Of a DNA stretch of 64,000 nucleotides, positions 18,308 through 28,792 are shown piece by piece. This stretch comes from an uncultured virus (IMG/VR IMGVR_UViG_3300030117_003229) (Duplodnaviria; Heunggongvirae; Uroviricota; Caudoviricetes), in the IMG/VR virus record IMGVR_UViG_3300030117_003229, positions 1 to 64,000 of that record; one strand, written 5' to 3'. Under the pieces are notes generated by a model, which saw only the letters and a program-made list of their open reading frames with translations, was not told the DNA's origin and ran no database searches. The first letter of the stretch is position 1, and each line of letters begins with the position of its first letter. A program made the position numbers and the translations under genes.

Positions 18308-18890
18308 AGAAATCCATTGATGTTAAGGAACTACTATCAATATTATAGTTAGGACCATAACCAGTATCTTTTATATTTGTATCGCTAATTAATTCTTCAG
18401 ACTTTGCCCAGCCTAACAACGTAAATACAGGACTTGCATCATGCACTAATATAAATGCATCACAGTCTTTCACGTTCTTTTTTAGCTTTGCTTGTAAATA
18501 CCCAGGATTATACTTTGTAGTCTTAACATCAATTCTTACATCACTGATACTAAGATCATAACCACTGTAATGTGGTCCAATCACAAAGTCAGGATATGCA
18601 TTATATTTTTTACACACAGCGAGTTCTCCGCACACTCCACGCATATCTATGGTTAAATCACGCAGACCGCGAGATGTCACTCCATTGCGTTGATTCTGAT
18701 TCATTTTTGCTTGTGCTACGCCCTTCGCTATCCGCAACTCCATTTGGCTTAGTGTTACTTGCATGTGGATTTTCCTTATCGATAGCAGCCAAAAGCACCA
18801 TGTAATTGGCCACATCAAGACAACGATTATATGTGGTTTCATCACTATGTGTTTTGCCTGTCTTTGCATCGTTAGCCAGCGCATCAACAT
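18264..18890 (-). CDS. Restriction-endonuclease-fold hypothetical protein (true start probably MQVTLSQ)
   Basis: GELAV...YDL...IDVKTT...LLGW. Confidence 0.55.
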   Translation of the reverse strand: MLMRWLTMQRQAKHIVMKPHIIVVLMWPITWCFWLLSIRKIHMQVTLSQMELRIAKGVAQAKMNQNQRNGVTSRGLRDLTIDMRGVCGELAVCKKYNAYPDFVIGPHYSGYDLSISDVRIDVKTTKYNPGYLQAKLKKNVKDCDAFILVHDASPVFTLLGWAKSEELISDTNIKDTGYGPNYNIDSSSLTSMDFFEPYIEWKQDAKSV

Positions 18891-19071
18891 GTTTCAATAC
18901 ATATACCATTAGTGCCTGCTTTGGTGTAATTCCAAGCCGATCCGCTACGTGCTTAAAATTGTATAGTTTATCATCATTGCTAATGGTATACTCGATTGAT
19001 TTGTTATCACTTACCTCAGATGCAGTTTTAAAAAAACTATCTCTTAATTGATTAAATTCTTTGTATTTCAT
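18658..19071 (-). CDS. Nucleotide-modification-associated (DUF1599/MazG-like) protein
   Basis: K..EY...D.LYNF...KH...R.LD.ANY.VLL pattern. Confidence 0.55.
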   Translation of the reverse strand: MKYKEFNQLRDSFFKTASEVSDNKSIEYTISNDDKLYNFKHVADRLGITPKQALMVYVLKHVDALANDAKTGKTHSDETTYNRCLDVANYMVLLAAIDKENPHASNTKPNGVADSEGRSTSKNESESTQWSDISRSA

Positions 19072-19231
19072 TTCTCTCTCCTGCGTTGTAATGTTTTTAA
19101 AATATCATCACATACATCCAGCGCAACATCAACACGCTTATCTTCATCTGGTATGTGCTTTTCCAGTGCTTTTAATACACTCTTTGATACGATAGCAACC
19201 ATTGCTGCTTTAGGTTTCATTGGATATGGCA

Positions 19232-19621
19232 TTATTCTCTCTCCTTAAATTTCGCGGAGTCTTGACTATCACGATCATTAGACACGCCATTTTCTTGGTT
19301 ATGGGTTTCTACGACTCCGCGTTTAAATAAATTTTTCATCCATGAATGCTTTGCAATCCATAGCCAAGGCTTTCTATCCTGCCTGACCATCACTACATCT
19401 GCATTCTTAAAATCTAAAAATCCTGCGATCTTTTTTCTTCTCTTTACTTGTACCAGGATAGTAAGATCGCCTTTAGTAGCTTTGACATCTATATCACTCT
19501 TTTCGCCAAAGCTGCGCCCATCACTTCCCCATGAACGCTCGGCGGTGAAGCCAAGATCGCGGAGCAATTCTACGACCTCGACTTCACCTTTGTAGCCTTT
19601 TCTGGATGCGGAAGAAGGCAT
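19232..19621 (-). CDS. Holliday junction resolvase (Hjc-like)
   Basis: SRKG..GE.E...DID...VQVKRRK. Confidence 0.75.
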   Translation of the reverse strand: MPSSASRKGYKGEVEVVELLRDLGFTAERSWGSDGRSFGEKSDIDVKATKGDLTILVQVKRRKKIAGFLDFKNADVVMVRQDRKPWLWIAKHSWMKNLFKRGVVETHNQENGVSNDRDSQDSAKFKERE

Positions 19622-19623
19622 AT

Positions 19624-20121
19624 TTAGAAAGGTAGCTCTTCTTCTTGGGTAGCGGCGTTTCCTTCAAATACTGCGTTTGGATCATAGTCGGCTTTAAACT
19701 CTTTGTAAGCCTTCGTTATTTCATCGGTCATAGGTGACTTAGGACATGGCGTTGCAGTGTAAGTAGTGTCCATACCATCGCCATTTCTAGTAACAATCAC
19801 ATCGTATTGTGATAGGTTTCCCCACTCACTATTACGATCCAACTCTAGCAACTGCTTTTGCACAGTAGCCTGCGTAATATCCAGTATCTTTACTTGATCA
19901 TTATTCCATACTGGTACTTGCCAAAAATGTTTTGGCTTCTCACCAGCAGGTGCTTCGTTAGCTAGTTTAATACGAACTGGTGTCCTATCATCCTGCCAAT
20001 ATTGATAACCAACTACTGGTGTATCTAATATTCGGAATCTATTTTCACCTTTTACAAACTTCATATAACTGCTTTCACCACTAGAAGGCACGTTATAATC
20101 AGCATTAAGTAAACCACTCAT
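19624..20121 (-). CDS. Single-stranded DNA-binding protein
   Basis: YMKF..GENRFRIL, YDV.VTR.G...DTTY, acidic EEELPF tail. Confidence 0.7.
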   Translation of the reverse strand: MSGLLNADYNVPSSGESSYMKFVKGENRFRILDTPVVGYQYWQDDRTPVRIKLANEAPAGEKPKHFWQVPVWNNDQVKILDITQATVQKQLLELDRNSEWGNLSQYDVIVTRNGDGMDTTYTATPCPKSPMTDEITKAYKEFKADYDPNAVFEGNAATQEEELPF

Positions 20122-20124
20122 CGA

Positions 20125-20343
20125 TTACTCCTTTATTAGTTTATATGAATATCCGCGTCTATCTAATAAAGCAATCACTTTTTTATATTGCTGTTCGGTT
20201 ATTTCTGCTCGAACACCTACATCTGATTGCTTTGACTGCGGTTGATATGTATCCGATTTATCGAATATTTTGCGACAATCTTGAGCAAATTGAAATCGCT
20301 CATCTTTATCTTGAATAATTATTTCGTATATCATGGGCAGCAC
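20125..20343 (-). CDS. Hypothetical protein
   Basis: ORF whose start lies in the 3' arm of a long hairpin. Confidence 0.5.
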   Translation of the reverse strand: MLPMIYEIIIQDKDERFQFAQDCRKIFDKSDTYQPQSKQSDVGVRAEITEQQYKKVIALLDRRGYSYKLIKE

Positions 20344-20407
20344 CTAATAGTGTTAAGAGAGAGAGAGTGTAGTTGTGGGTACACTATTAAAAGTGGTACT
20401 GCCCATG
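20332..20407 (-). ncRNA. Putative structured regulatory RNA
   Basis: 13-bp plus 9-bp stems, loop with CCCACAAC and a CU repeat. Confidence 0.5.
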
Positions 20408-20422
20408 TCTTATGGAGCAAAT

Positions 20423-20611
20423 CTAATAAGGCCATTTAATAAAATCCATCTTAATGCCAAGTACACGCGCAATGCGGACCTTATGTTCATGTCTAAATTT
20501 TCTTTTGCCATTCATCATTAATGATAACATGGACTTATCGAGTGCAATATGTTTAGCTAATTGGTTTTGTGAAAAACCACACTCTCTCATATGTTGTTTT
20601 AATTCTTTCAT
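20423..20611 (-). CDS. XRE/Cro-like HTH repressor
   Basis: SQNQLAKHIALDKSMLSLMMNGKR...IARVLG. Confidence 0.85.
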   Translation of the reverse strand: MKELKQHMRECGFSQNQLAKHIALDKSMLSLMMNGKRKFRHEHKVRIARVLGIKMDFIKWPY

Positions 20612-20646
20612 AGTGTTGACAGAAACTAAGAAACTTTGTCAACACT
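20612..20646. promoter_or_regulatory. Operator-like inverted repeat upstream of the HTH gene
   Basis: AGTGTTGACA-15 nt-TGTCAACACT. Confidence 0.7.
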
Positions 20647-20660
20647 TGGCAAGGATTATT

Positions 20661-21728
20661 TTACCAGCTTTCTATAATATCAAATCCTACGTTATATACT
20701 TTGGGTGCTACTTGCTGAGATGAAAATGATGAATTAGCCAATCTATACAGTCCATAATCTCCCGAAGTAGTGCTGTCTTTATCTAATGTCCATAGGAATG
20801 GTATATGTTGGCCAATGATTTTATTATAGAACTGAGAATGTAAGTCTGATCCAGTAAAAAAAGCGGGATGTGCGGTTTGATCTGCGCTAAATAAATCAGT
20901 GTCTTGCACATAACTAAAATTTAAATTATGTTTTTGACGGCCATACCTACGTTGAAAACCATATGTATTTTGATTTGATGTGGTGGTATTTACCCAAGGA
21001 TTGGTCACTGTCCATGTTGGTGGTCCAAAATGTGACGCGTGAGCGTAGGTGCTACCACCCACTGAATTATTAAGTTTTGTTCCATCATAATCATAAGAGG
21101 TTGTTAGATTTAAATCTACTGCATGTGGCCAATCAACATAAGATCCAAACATTATACCACCTATAAAAACATCGGTATTAAAGTTATTTGAAGGACCACC
21201 ATCATCTTCAATAGTTATGCGTAAATATTGATTTCCTACACCTGTTAAAGCAGGAAATGTAATCAAGCTCCATCCATTATTTGCAGGATCAATTTCATTT
21301 GCACTATTATTATTTTCTGCGTTTATCTTATTTGTATAATTACTATGATCAGAAACAGTAGTTACACCACTGCTAAAATCTTCTGAATCACTTACCTGAA
21401 CTTTAAATATTGCATCTGCACTAGCAAAATTGTGATTTAAAATTGCTAAAAAATTATTTGTACCTAATGAATTATCTCCCATCTCTGTATCATATTGAAT
21501 ATAAAATGATTGAAATGCAGCAGCAATTTGTACTGGATTATGTGGTTTTAAGTCAAATAAATCTTCTTTATTGCCAGATGCAAAAGAAATTTCTCTACCA
21601 CTATCATCTTTAAGCTCTACCTCACCTAACACAGTTGTTGCTCCAGACGCATTATTCCATGATGTTGCTAAGTTATAATTAATAGTGCAAACATATGCAC
21701 GTGGTGTTGTAAATCTTTGGTATCCCAT
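20661..21728 (-). CDS. Distal tail protein (homolog of 52092..53156)
   Basis: LFD..P, AILNHN, GR...LNF, IPF motifs shared with phage B. Confidence 0.65.
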   Translation of the reverse strand: MGYQRFTTPRAYVCTINYNLATSWNNASGATTVLGEVELKDDSGREISFASGNKEDLFDLKPHNPVQIAAAFQSFYIQYDTEMGDNSLGTNNFLAILNHNFASADAIFKVQVSDSEDFSSGVTTVSDHSNYTNKINAENNNSANEIDPANNGWSLITFPALTGVGNQYLRITIEDDGGPSNNFNTDVFIGGIMFGSYVDWPHAVDLNLTTSYDYDGTKLNNSVGGSTYAHASHFGPPTWTVTNPWVNTTTSNQNTYGFQRRYGRQKHNLNFSYVQDTDLFSADQTAHPAFFTGSDLHSQFYNKIIGQHIPFLWTLDKDSTTSGDYGLYRLANSSFSSQQVAPKVYNVGFDIIESW

Positions 21729-24549
21729 TATCCAACCTCTCTTGCAGTTATTATTATTTGTCCTGGTGATCTTTTTGTTTCTACAATCATAAATTTAGTA
21801 CTAGTAGTAAAATTTGTTCCAAACATTTCAACTGGCATATCTGTAAACGTAATTATATCGCCTGTTTCTAATTGATAACCTTTAGCAAGATTTACTACCT
21901 CGCATTGCACTAAAACTTTCATATCACCTATTAAATTATCGTAATAAGAGTAAAAATCTGTATTTGGATCAGAATTAGCAGACGTTGGGATTGCTCCTAT
22001 ATTATAATCTAAGTTAATATTTTTTATGCCTTCTTTTTCACCAAGATTGTATTTAAATCTGTTATCATTTATTATAGATGAACTACTATAATATTTATTA
22101 TTTTCAGCAGGATGTAAGTTATTATTTATATCCATTTGTGTGATAACACTATTAAGGCCAGTAGTACTAATTGAAATATTTTTTACATCATTTTTTGATA
22201 AATTTAACACTGCGCTTAATTCACTGGATTTTTTAACGTAAATATACTTTACATTATTTTCAGCATCAAACTTTTGCACAAATCCAAATTCATAAGCAAG
22301 TTTATCTAAATTATCTTTTAATGATGTAGGATCTAATTGCCAATATCGTATTTTCCAACCATCAACAGTACGATCTGTATTTAACGCACTCCAATTTGTA
22401 GGATCATCACTAGATATACCTGCAAAACGTTGCAAAAGATCTCTATGTGCATCATGTCCATACACTATTGCATCGGAATCCCATGATGCGGTTAAACCAG
22501 CACCGCCACTATAAAAATATTTTAAGTCACTAAGTCTTTTTAAATCATCTTTATCACTATCAAATTCTATAGCTGGATTTAAAGTAACTCCAAAAACTGT
22601 TAATGTATGATCTGCATGAACATTTGGCGAAAAACTATCCGCAACCCATTTAATTAGCAATTCATCTGGACAAGCAACACCAGTTACACTATTAATTGCA
22701 TTAGCAGGTGCAGTGTCAAAACCAAAAGCAGTTACACTTCCAGATGTACTTTGTCCTAAAACTCGATTATTGTCATCTAATATATTATCAGCATTATTAT
22801 TGCTAAAAAAACTCATGTCATATGCTTGATCTACNNNNNNNNNNCTACACCACCACCAGAAATAATAGCAGACATAGTTATTCTACAACTTCTAATTGTA
22901 GTGTGATTAAAAATTCTTGGAAGTGACTGACATTGTAAATATCTTATATCACCTACGTCAGTTATACTTGAAGTAGCTGAAGTAGATGTATCAATACCAC
23001 CATCTGAAGATATATCAAAGACATTTTGAGGATTAGTTAAAAAAGTAACAGCAGAAGTGGTGTAAGATGAAACTTTAGGAACAAAATTACCACGAGCAAC
23101 ATAAGTAGCTGGAGTTTCTAAAATATTTACTCCATATTCAGTAGATGTAGCTTCTGTAATTGTAGTGTTTGATGCGGATTGTTGCAATCTAAAAAAGTAA
23201 TCTTGACCACCATAGTAATGTATATGTGAATTATCACTAGCAGAATAAGATTTTGGCATCAATGTAGTAATAGTATGTCTTGAAACTGTTAAAACTGGAC
23301 AAGGAAATAATCCACCATACGATGCCACTAAAGGTGATTGCGTTATAGATGGATTAAATGCACCATATACTATTGGTTCATAAATATTGTATTTAGAATG
23401 TTGTGTTTGTGGAAATGAAATTCCATCCCAAGGCCTATGCGCATTTATTTTAAATGTTACTTGCTGATTTTGATTTAATTTTACATCAACCAATCTACCT
23501 GTAAAAATTCTTTGGCAGTTACTAGAAGAACTAGCATTATTAAACTGCGCATATACTCTTACTTCTTTGTTATGATAATTTTTTTCTGAATAATTAAAAA
23601 CATGCTTATAGAAATCCACATTTTCAAAAATAAAATTATTACTTACAACGCTTATATTACTTGTAGATGCAGTACCTTGAGTTATATCTATACTCTCTCT
23701 TAATGCAATATTTTTATTGACTATTGATCCATAATATTGATTTGAATCTAGTGTTGTATGAGAAAATGCTAATCCAAAAGAATGTATAAATTTATCAAAG
23801 CCTTTTATATTATAGCTTGCACCACTAATTGTGCCACTATTACTATTTGTACTAGAATCAATTGCGCTAGTGCCTGTGCCTTCATCAAATTTCCAATATC
23901 CAACTAAATTACTAGCACTACTATCAATAGATCTTTGATAATATCTTGCGATTTGTGAAGCATCTCTTGCCATACTCCAAACACGAAGATGCGCTAATTC
24001 ACCATCAAAAAATTTATTATTTGCATAATTTGTTCCAATATTAACTCTCATTTCAGAACTATCTGCACCTGAAGGATCATTTGCAGATGCAGTAGATGAC
24101 ATTGTACTAACTAATGAACCATTTTTATATATTTTAACATCATCAGTTACTGAACTTCTTACTGCTGCAATGTGAGTCCATGTATTTGCAGATAGTGCTA
24201 ATGAATCAAATCCACTTGTGCCTGTTTGTAAACTAACATTTGAACCAGCACTATACTCGTAAAATACTTCAATTTCTGGACCATCTAAATTTATTATAAT
24301 CGAGTTATTTCTATCTTCATCTTCACTTGCTCCACCGCTTCTGTGAAATATTGGATAGTCTGTTCCAGAAGCACTATCTGCCTTTACCCAAAATTCCACT
24401 GTAAAATCAACGTATGTGGCTAATATATTACCATAAGTCACCTTATCATCAGTGCCATCAAACTCTAAACACGTATTATTATCAGCAGTAAACTGAAATA
24501 AATAATTTTCATTTACGTTGGGAGATGTTGGAGCGTTAGATAAAGACAT
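21728..24549 (-). CDS. Tail/baseplate protein with LamG insertion; single gene spanning the N gap
   Basis: CTAC duplicated either side of the Ns; merging gives in-frame GGGVDQAYDMSFF; colinear with 53197..55476. Confidence 0.7.
22835..22844. other. Scaffold gap (10 N)
   Basis: N run. Confidence 1.
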
Positions 24550-26495
24550 TAAGCTAAGTTTTGATCAGATACTTGTTTTAGTTGAGGTATAAGACTATCA
24601 CGTACAAATTCATCATTGCCAATCATATTTCCCTGGATATTAACAGTCACACCACCTGCGCTACCAGTTCTGTTCATATCGGCTAGGTTTTGCACTCCAA
24701 TGTTTTGCACTGCGCTGCGTTGCATAATAAACTCACCTGCCTGCGCAAGTATCGGTACATTATCTTGACCTTGAACCATACCACCAGTCGCAAAGCGTTG
24801 GATACCATTATTGCGAATCAACCCACCAGTGTGACCAATAAAACCAGCACCTAGATTTAATAGCGCACTGGGAACAGCACCACCACTTGTCAAAGCTATT
24901 AACTGCGCAGCCGTAGATAGAAAAAACTTCAATCCTGCTGTGGAATCATCAGAATTGTTTTTTAAGGCTTTCATATTGTTTCCAACAATATTTAAAGAAG
25001 TAGCAAGATTATTATTTGTTGATATTAGCTCTTTTCCTTTTATAATAGATTCCATCTGCGCACCTACTAATCTATTTAAAGCGTTAAATTCTGCTAATTC
25101 TGCATCTGTTAATGCTTCAGTACCTTCAATTCTTTCCATGATAAATTGACCTTGTGTTGCTGCTTCTCTATCTATCTGCACTTTAGCTTTTAATGCTTCA
25201 CTTAAATTTTGCTCTGCTTGAAAAATTGTTTGAGTAATTTTAATACGCTTTTCATCTACATCATTATTCTGCATAGTAAGCAATACTGTATCAGCCAATA
25301 TTTTATTAATTCTATCTTTGGCATCTGCACTTATACCTAAACTAATAGTTTGGTTTCCTAAAGTATTTATGTATTGCTGCGTTGTATTGGTAAGTTGCTG
25401 TGTGCTATTTGTTAATGTTTGTGTAGTTGTATTTAAAGAACTAAAGGCATTATTAGCTTTTAAAAGATCATCTAATACTTTACCACCAAAAATTGCTACT
25501 GCAATTGTAGCTAACAAAGCAAATTTACCAGATAATAACGCTGTTGCAGTAGTTAATGATATTGTTCTTGTTTTTAGCAATACTAAAGTTGCTGCATATG
25601 CTTTTGATACTGTTTCGGTAATTACAATTGCATTTCTAATTCCAACAAACGCAACTGTTGCAGCGGTAATAGAAGTTGTTAACTGCGCAAGGCGTTGTAA
25701 GTCTAAACTATTAAAAAACTCTCTTGTTGAGTTTGCTGCTTTTATTAATGATGGTAGCATTAACGATCCAATACGCGCTGCAAACCTAGTGATTGCATCG
25801 TTCATATTGGACACTGCACCAGTAAATGTTTGAGATAGTCGTTTACTACTACCTTGTATACCAGCCACTGGATCAACCATAGCACTTAATAATGCTTGCC
25901 TAAACTGAGGTAAAGTAATTTTTGTTAAATCTTTGATTCCTTGTGAATCTTTAATTAATTGAAGTATCCCACGTTCTCTTAATATGTCCGCAGCACCTGC
26001 GCCACCTGCAAACGCGCGACCTAATGCACTTGCCGCTTCAGTTGCAGTCGTACCCATAAACGCAGCCAAATCAGTAACTGAGGATAATGTAGCCTGGGAA
26101 TTAACACCAAAGGCTTCTAACTGCGCACCTGCGTTTACTACATCTTGTAATTGAAATGGAGTAGTAGCTGCAATCTGATTAAAAGTATCAAAGGCTTTCT
26201 CTGCTTCTTCAACGCTACCAGTTAATCCTACCAATCTAGTTTTGACATCCTCAAAGCCAGATGCAGCTTGAATAAACTTGTTCATACTGCCAACTGCACC
26301 ACCAATCGCAAACGTATACACTAAAATTCTATTACGCAGTGAACCTAAAGATGCGATCAATCCTTTGTTTTGATTGCGCATTCGTCTTGCAGTTTCTACA
26401 TATTGCTTACCATTGGTATCTAAATTTTTAAAATCTCTTGTAGCTCGTGCAAAACCTTTTGTGCGAACCTCTATAATAAATCTTTTTTCAGCCAT
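24549..26495 (-). CDS. Tape measure protein
   Basis: TTPFQLQDV tape-measure domain; C-terminal FATGGMV...DNVP...GEFIM; follows tail chaperones. Confidence 0.85.
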   Translation of the reverse strand: MAEKRFIIEVRTKGFARATRDFKNLDTNGKQYVETARRMRNQNKGLIASLGSLRNRILVYTFAIGGAVGSMNKFIQAASGFEDVKTRLVGLTGSVEEAEKAFDTFNQIAATTPFQLQDVVNAGAQLEAFGVNSQATLSSVTDLAAFMGTTATEAASALGRAFAGGAGAADILRERGILQLIKDSQGIKDLTKITLPQFRQALLSAMVDPVAGIQGSSKRLSQTFTGAVSNMNDAITRFAARIGSLMLPSLIKAANSTREFFNSLDLQRLAQLTTSITAATVAFVGIRNAIVITETVSKAYAATLVLLKTRTISLTTATALLSGKFALLATIAVAIFGGKVLDDLLKANNAFSSLNTTTQTLTNSTQQLTNTTQQYINTLGNQTISLGISADAKDRINKILADTVLLTMQNNDVDEKRIKITQTIFQAEQNLSEALKAKVQIDREAATQGQFIMERIEGTEALTDAELAEFNALNRLVGAQMESIIKGKELISTNNNLATSLNIVGNNMKALKNNSDDSTAGLKFFLSTAAQLIALTSGGAVPSALLNLGAGFIGHTGGLIRNNGIQRFATGGMVQGQDNVPILAQAGEFIMQRSAVQNIGVQNLADMNRTGSAGGVTVNIQGNMIGNDEFVRDSLIPQLKQVSDQNLA

Positions 26496-26886
26496 TTTGC
26501 TTCTTTATATCTTCGTTTTGGAGTGCATTAAATTCTTCATCTATAGCTGAAAAGATGACTAAACGATGATAATCTGCGTCATCTATAGTTTTTGCTAATG
26601 GTAAGTTAAACCTCTTCATAGACATATACTCCTCAAGCGCAAAAATAGTCTCAGGCGTTAAGAAATATGTAGAGTCAGCACAAAACACTAATGAGTAATA
26701 TAACGCTGCACCAAGCGTAAATTTTCCATCTTTGCTTTCTTCTATAAGTCTTGCTATCTCTTCCCATAATACCTCTTCTGTATAGGTAATCTTTTTCTTG
26801 AGCGTAGGAGACTGCGCATCGTATGGAAACTGGAGATTGCGGCTTGGTTGCTGTTTATATGACATCCAAACCGCAACGCGGTGCAT
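26488..26886 (-). CDS. Tail assembly chaperone, gpT-like (-1 frame extension)
   Basis: Reached by -1 slip at C CCA AAA AAG. Confidence 0.7.
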   Translation of the reverse strand: MHRVAVWMSYKQQPSRNLQFPYDAQSPTLKKKITYTEEVLWEEIARLIEESKDGKFTLGAALYYSLVFCADSTYFLTPETIFALEEYMSMKRFNLPLAKTIDDADYHRLVIFSAIDEEFNALQNEDIKKQNG

Positions 26887-27152
26887 TAAGACTTTTTTGG
26901 GTTAGGCTCTTTGTATGCGTTATATACTGACATCAATACTGCGTCAATCTCATTATCATCTAGCTTACCAAGTATTTTTTCTGGATCAGTAAAACTAAAG
27001 TTGAGTACCCAGTCTAGCACATCAAAGAACTTTTCAGTATTGATTTCGCCTTCTTTAGTGACTGCTTTGACTTCTAGTTTATGTAAGTCTCTACGAGCTT
27101 TAAACGTTATATCACGTACTTCAAAAGTACCATGATCGGTTTTTACTTTCAT
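26886..27152 (-). CDS. Tail assembly chaperone, gpG-like
   Basis: Between tail tube and tape measure; HG.FE..DIT.K.RRD shared with 58090..58380. Confidence 0.75.
   Translation of the reverse strand: MKVKTDHGTFEVRDITFKARRDLHKLEVKAVTKEGEINTEKFFDVLDWVLNFSFTDPEKILGKLDDNEIDAVLMSVYNAYKEPNPKKS
26892..26901 (-). other. -1 ribosomal frameshift site
   Basis: CCCAAAAAAG two codons before the TAC stop; -1 frame runs into MHRVAV. Confidence 0.75.
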
Positions 27153-27180
27153 GTTTCATCCTTAGATGAAAATGGCGTGA

Positions 27181-28176
27181 TTATGCGATCGTGATTGAAA
27201 TTATTGTTGCAGATTCACTAGCAGCAAATGCTCTGAATGGTATGCTTTGTAGCATAAAATCACCATTCTCTGGTTGAGAATTGTCTATCATTGCATCTGG
27301 TATAGAAATTGTAAAGCCACTTGATTCTGCTATTTCAATAGCAGTACCTGCGCTATCACCTTTTAATTGCACTGCTAAATCTTCAATTGAATTATCTCGT
27401 TTCGCAAGTAAAGTTCCAGTGACTTCATATGGTCCTGTCTGAACGTAACCATATGGATTATAATCAGTAGTATTAATATATCCAACTCTAGCAAGTGGTC
27501 TAGATATTGTGATTTCCCAAGAATTTAAAACAAGTGATTGCGCACCATCCGCATTAGTTATTTTAGAACTATTTAATGAAAAAATGTTTTTTGGTGAAGC
27601 AGTATCAAGAGTTTCACTACTAGCAGCTAATGTATTTTCTACTGGTCTATATCCAGTCACAAAGGTTGATTCTACTACCATTTCTCCACCATTTGTTCCT
27701 ATATCTTCACGTAATGTCATAGATGTACAAAAACAACCTACCATTACCACGCTAGTATTACTTGCGTCAGAACCACCATTTTTAAATAATAAAGTAACTG
27801 CATCTGTAGTTCCTGTATCATGCTTCATAGTACCAGTGCTTGATGCTGGTGTCAATGCCGCTGCGCTTGATCCTTCGCTAAATAATGGTAGACAAGATTT
27901 AAGCACTGCTGTAGGTGTACCACGCATAGTCAATGTTACTTCATACATCATAGTATCTGGACGATGATGTCCTTGGCTTTCTAATTGTCCTAAAATACCA
28001 CTTTTATTTGGAGCAACATCCAATGTAGCACCTGCATGCTGTATATTAAAATCTGTAACTTGTAAAAAATCCCATGTATCGCCTGCTGCGTGTGATGTAC
28101 CTAAGTTTACGTTACTACCTTTACTACCAATAGCAACTGCTATATTCGATCTTGCTTGAAAATTAGTTTCAGCCAT
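27181..28176 (-). CDS. Major tail (tube) protein
   Basis: Position and beta-rich composition; YEVTGTL motif like 58400..59476. Confidence 0.75.
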   Translation of the reverse strand: MAETNFQARSNIAVAIGSKGSNVNLGTSHAAGDTWDFLQVTDFNIQHAGATLDVAPNKSGILGQLESQGHHRPDTMMYEVTLTMRGTPTAVLKSCLPLFSEGSSAAALTPASSTGTMKHDTGTTDAVTLLFKNGGSDASNTSVVMVGCFCTSMTLREDIGTNGGEMVVESTFVTGYRPVENTLAASSETLDTASPKNIFSLNSSKITNADGAQSLVLNSWEITISRPLARVGYINTTDYNPYGYVQTGPYEVTGTLLAKRDNSIEDLAVQLKGDSAGTAIEIAESSGFTISIPDAMIDNSQPENGDFMLQSIPFRAFAASESATIISITIA

Positions 28177-28364
28177 TACTTATCTTCCTTTGATTTTTTT
28201 TTAATATCTATTCTTTCAAGATGTTTTTCTAATGATTTCGGCACACTTGTTATTTCTACTGAACAACCTGCAACCAATAATTTGTGTTTATTGGAACTCC
28301 AATGCGCACAAAAATTCTCACTATCTTTTAGTTTAAAATATGATTCTTTTGCTTTGTAAATCAT
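28176..28364 (-). CDS. Small tail-associated protein
   Basis: Positional homolog of 59476..59691. Confidence 0.5.
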   Translation of the reverse strand: MIYKAKESYFKLKDSENFCAHWSSNKHKLLVAGCSVEITSVPKSLEKHLERIDIKKKSKEDK

Positions 28365-28792
28365 CCTATAATCTCCATAGCTGATACTACAGCAGTCATT
28401 TCAGAACGCAGTAAATCTGGATTATCTTCATCGCGTTCATAAATAGTAGAGTCGATGACAGCATTGTAAAACTGTCGAACTCCTGACACACTATAGTTTC
28501 TATTATTATAAAAAAGTCTTTTCATTCTTTCTGCAATCAAACTTACTTGCCTAAAACTTTCCTTAGTATAATTACCTGCAAAATCTACTTGATAACTAAT
28601 AAGGATCGTATAATCTCGAACCATGCCAGTATTAATTTGCTCATTTAAATCATCGGATACTGGTTGTAAAAGAAAACTTTGATTGCCTTTATGTTCATCG
28701 TAGAAAATCTGTATACCAAACTCATTTGCAATAATATCATGTAAGTTATCAATGACTCTATCATAAATTACATTGGTAAAGGTAATGGCCAT
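28361..28792 (-). CDS. Tail terminator / completion protein
   Basis: YDEHKGNQSFLL identical in 59667..60089. Confidence 0.65.
   Translation of the reverse strand: MAITFTNVIYDRVIDNLHDIIANEFGIQIFYDEHKGNQSFLLQPVSDDLNEQINTGMVRDYTILISYQVDFAGNYTKESFRQVSLIAERMKRLFYNNRNYSVSGVRQFYNAVIDSTIYERDEDNPDLLRSEMTAVVSAMEIIG

Noticed and set aside
22816..22850. Apparent split of the tail protein into 572-aa and 362-aa genes
   Set aside because: Caused by the 10-N scaffold gap; collapsing the duplicated CTAC restores one frame.
25318..25833. Long plus-strand ORFs opposite structural genes (also 27509..27967 and others)
   Set aside because: Antisense shadows of well-supported minus-strand genes; no RBS or motifs.
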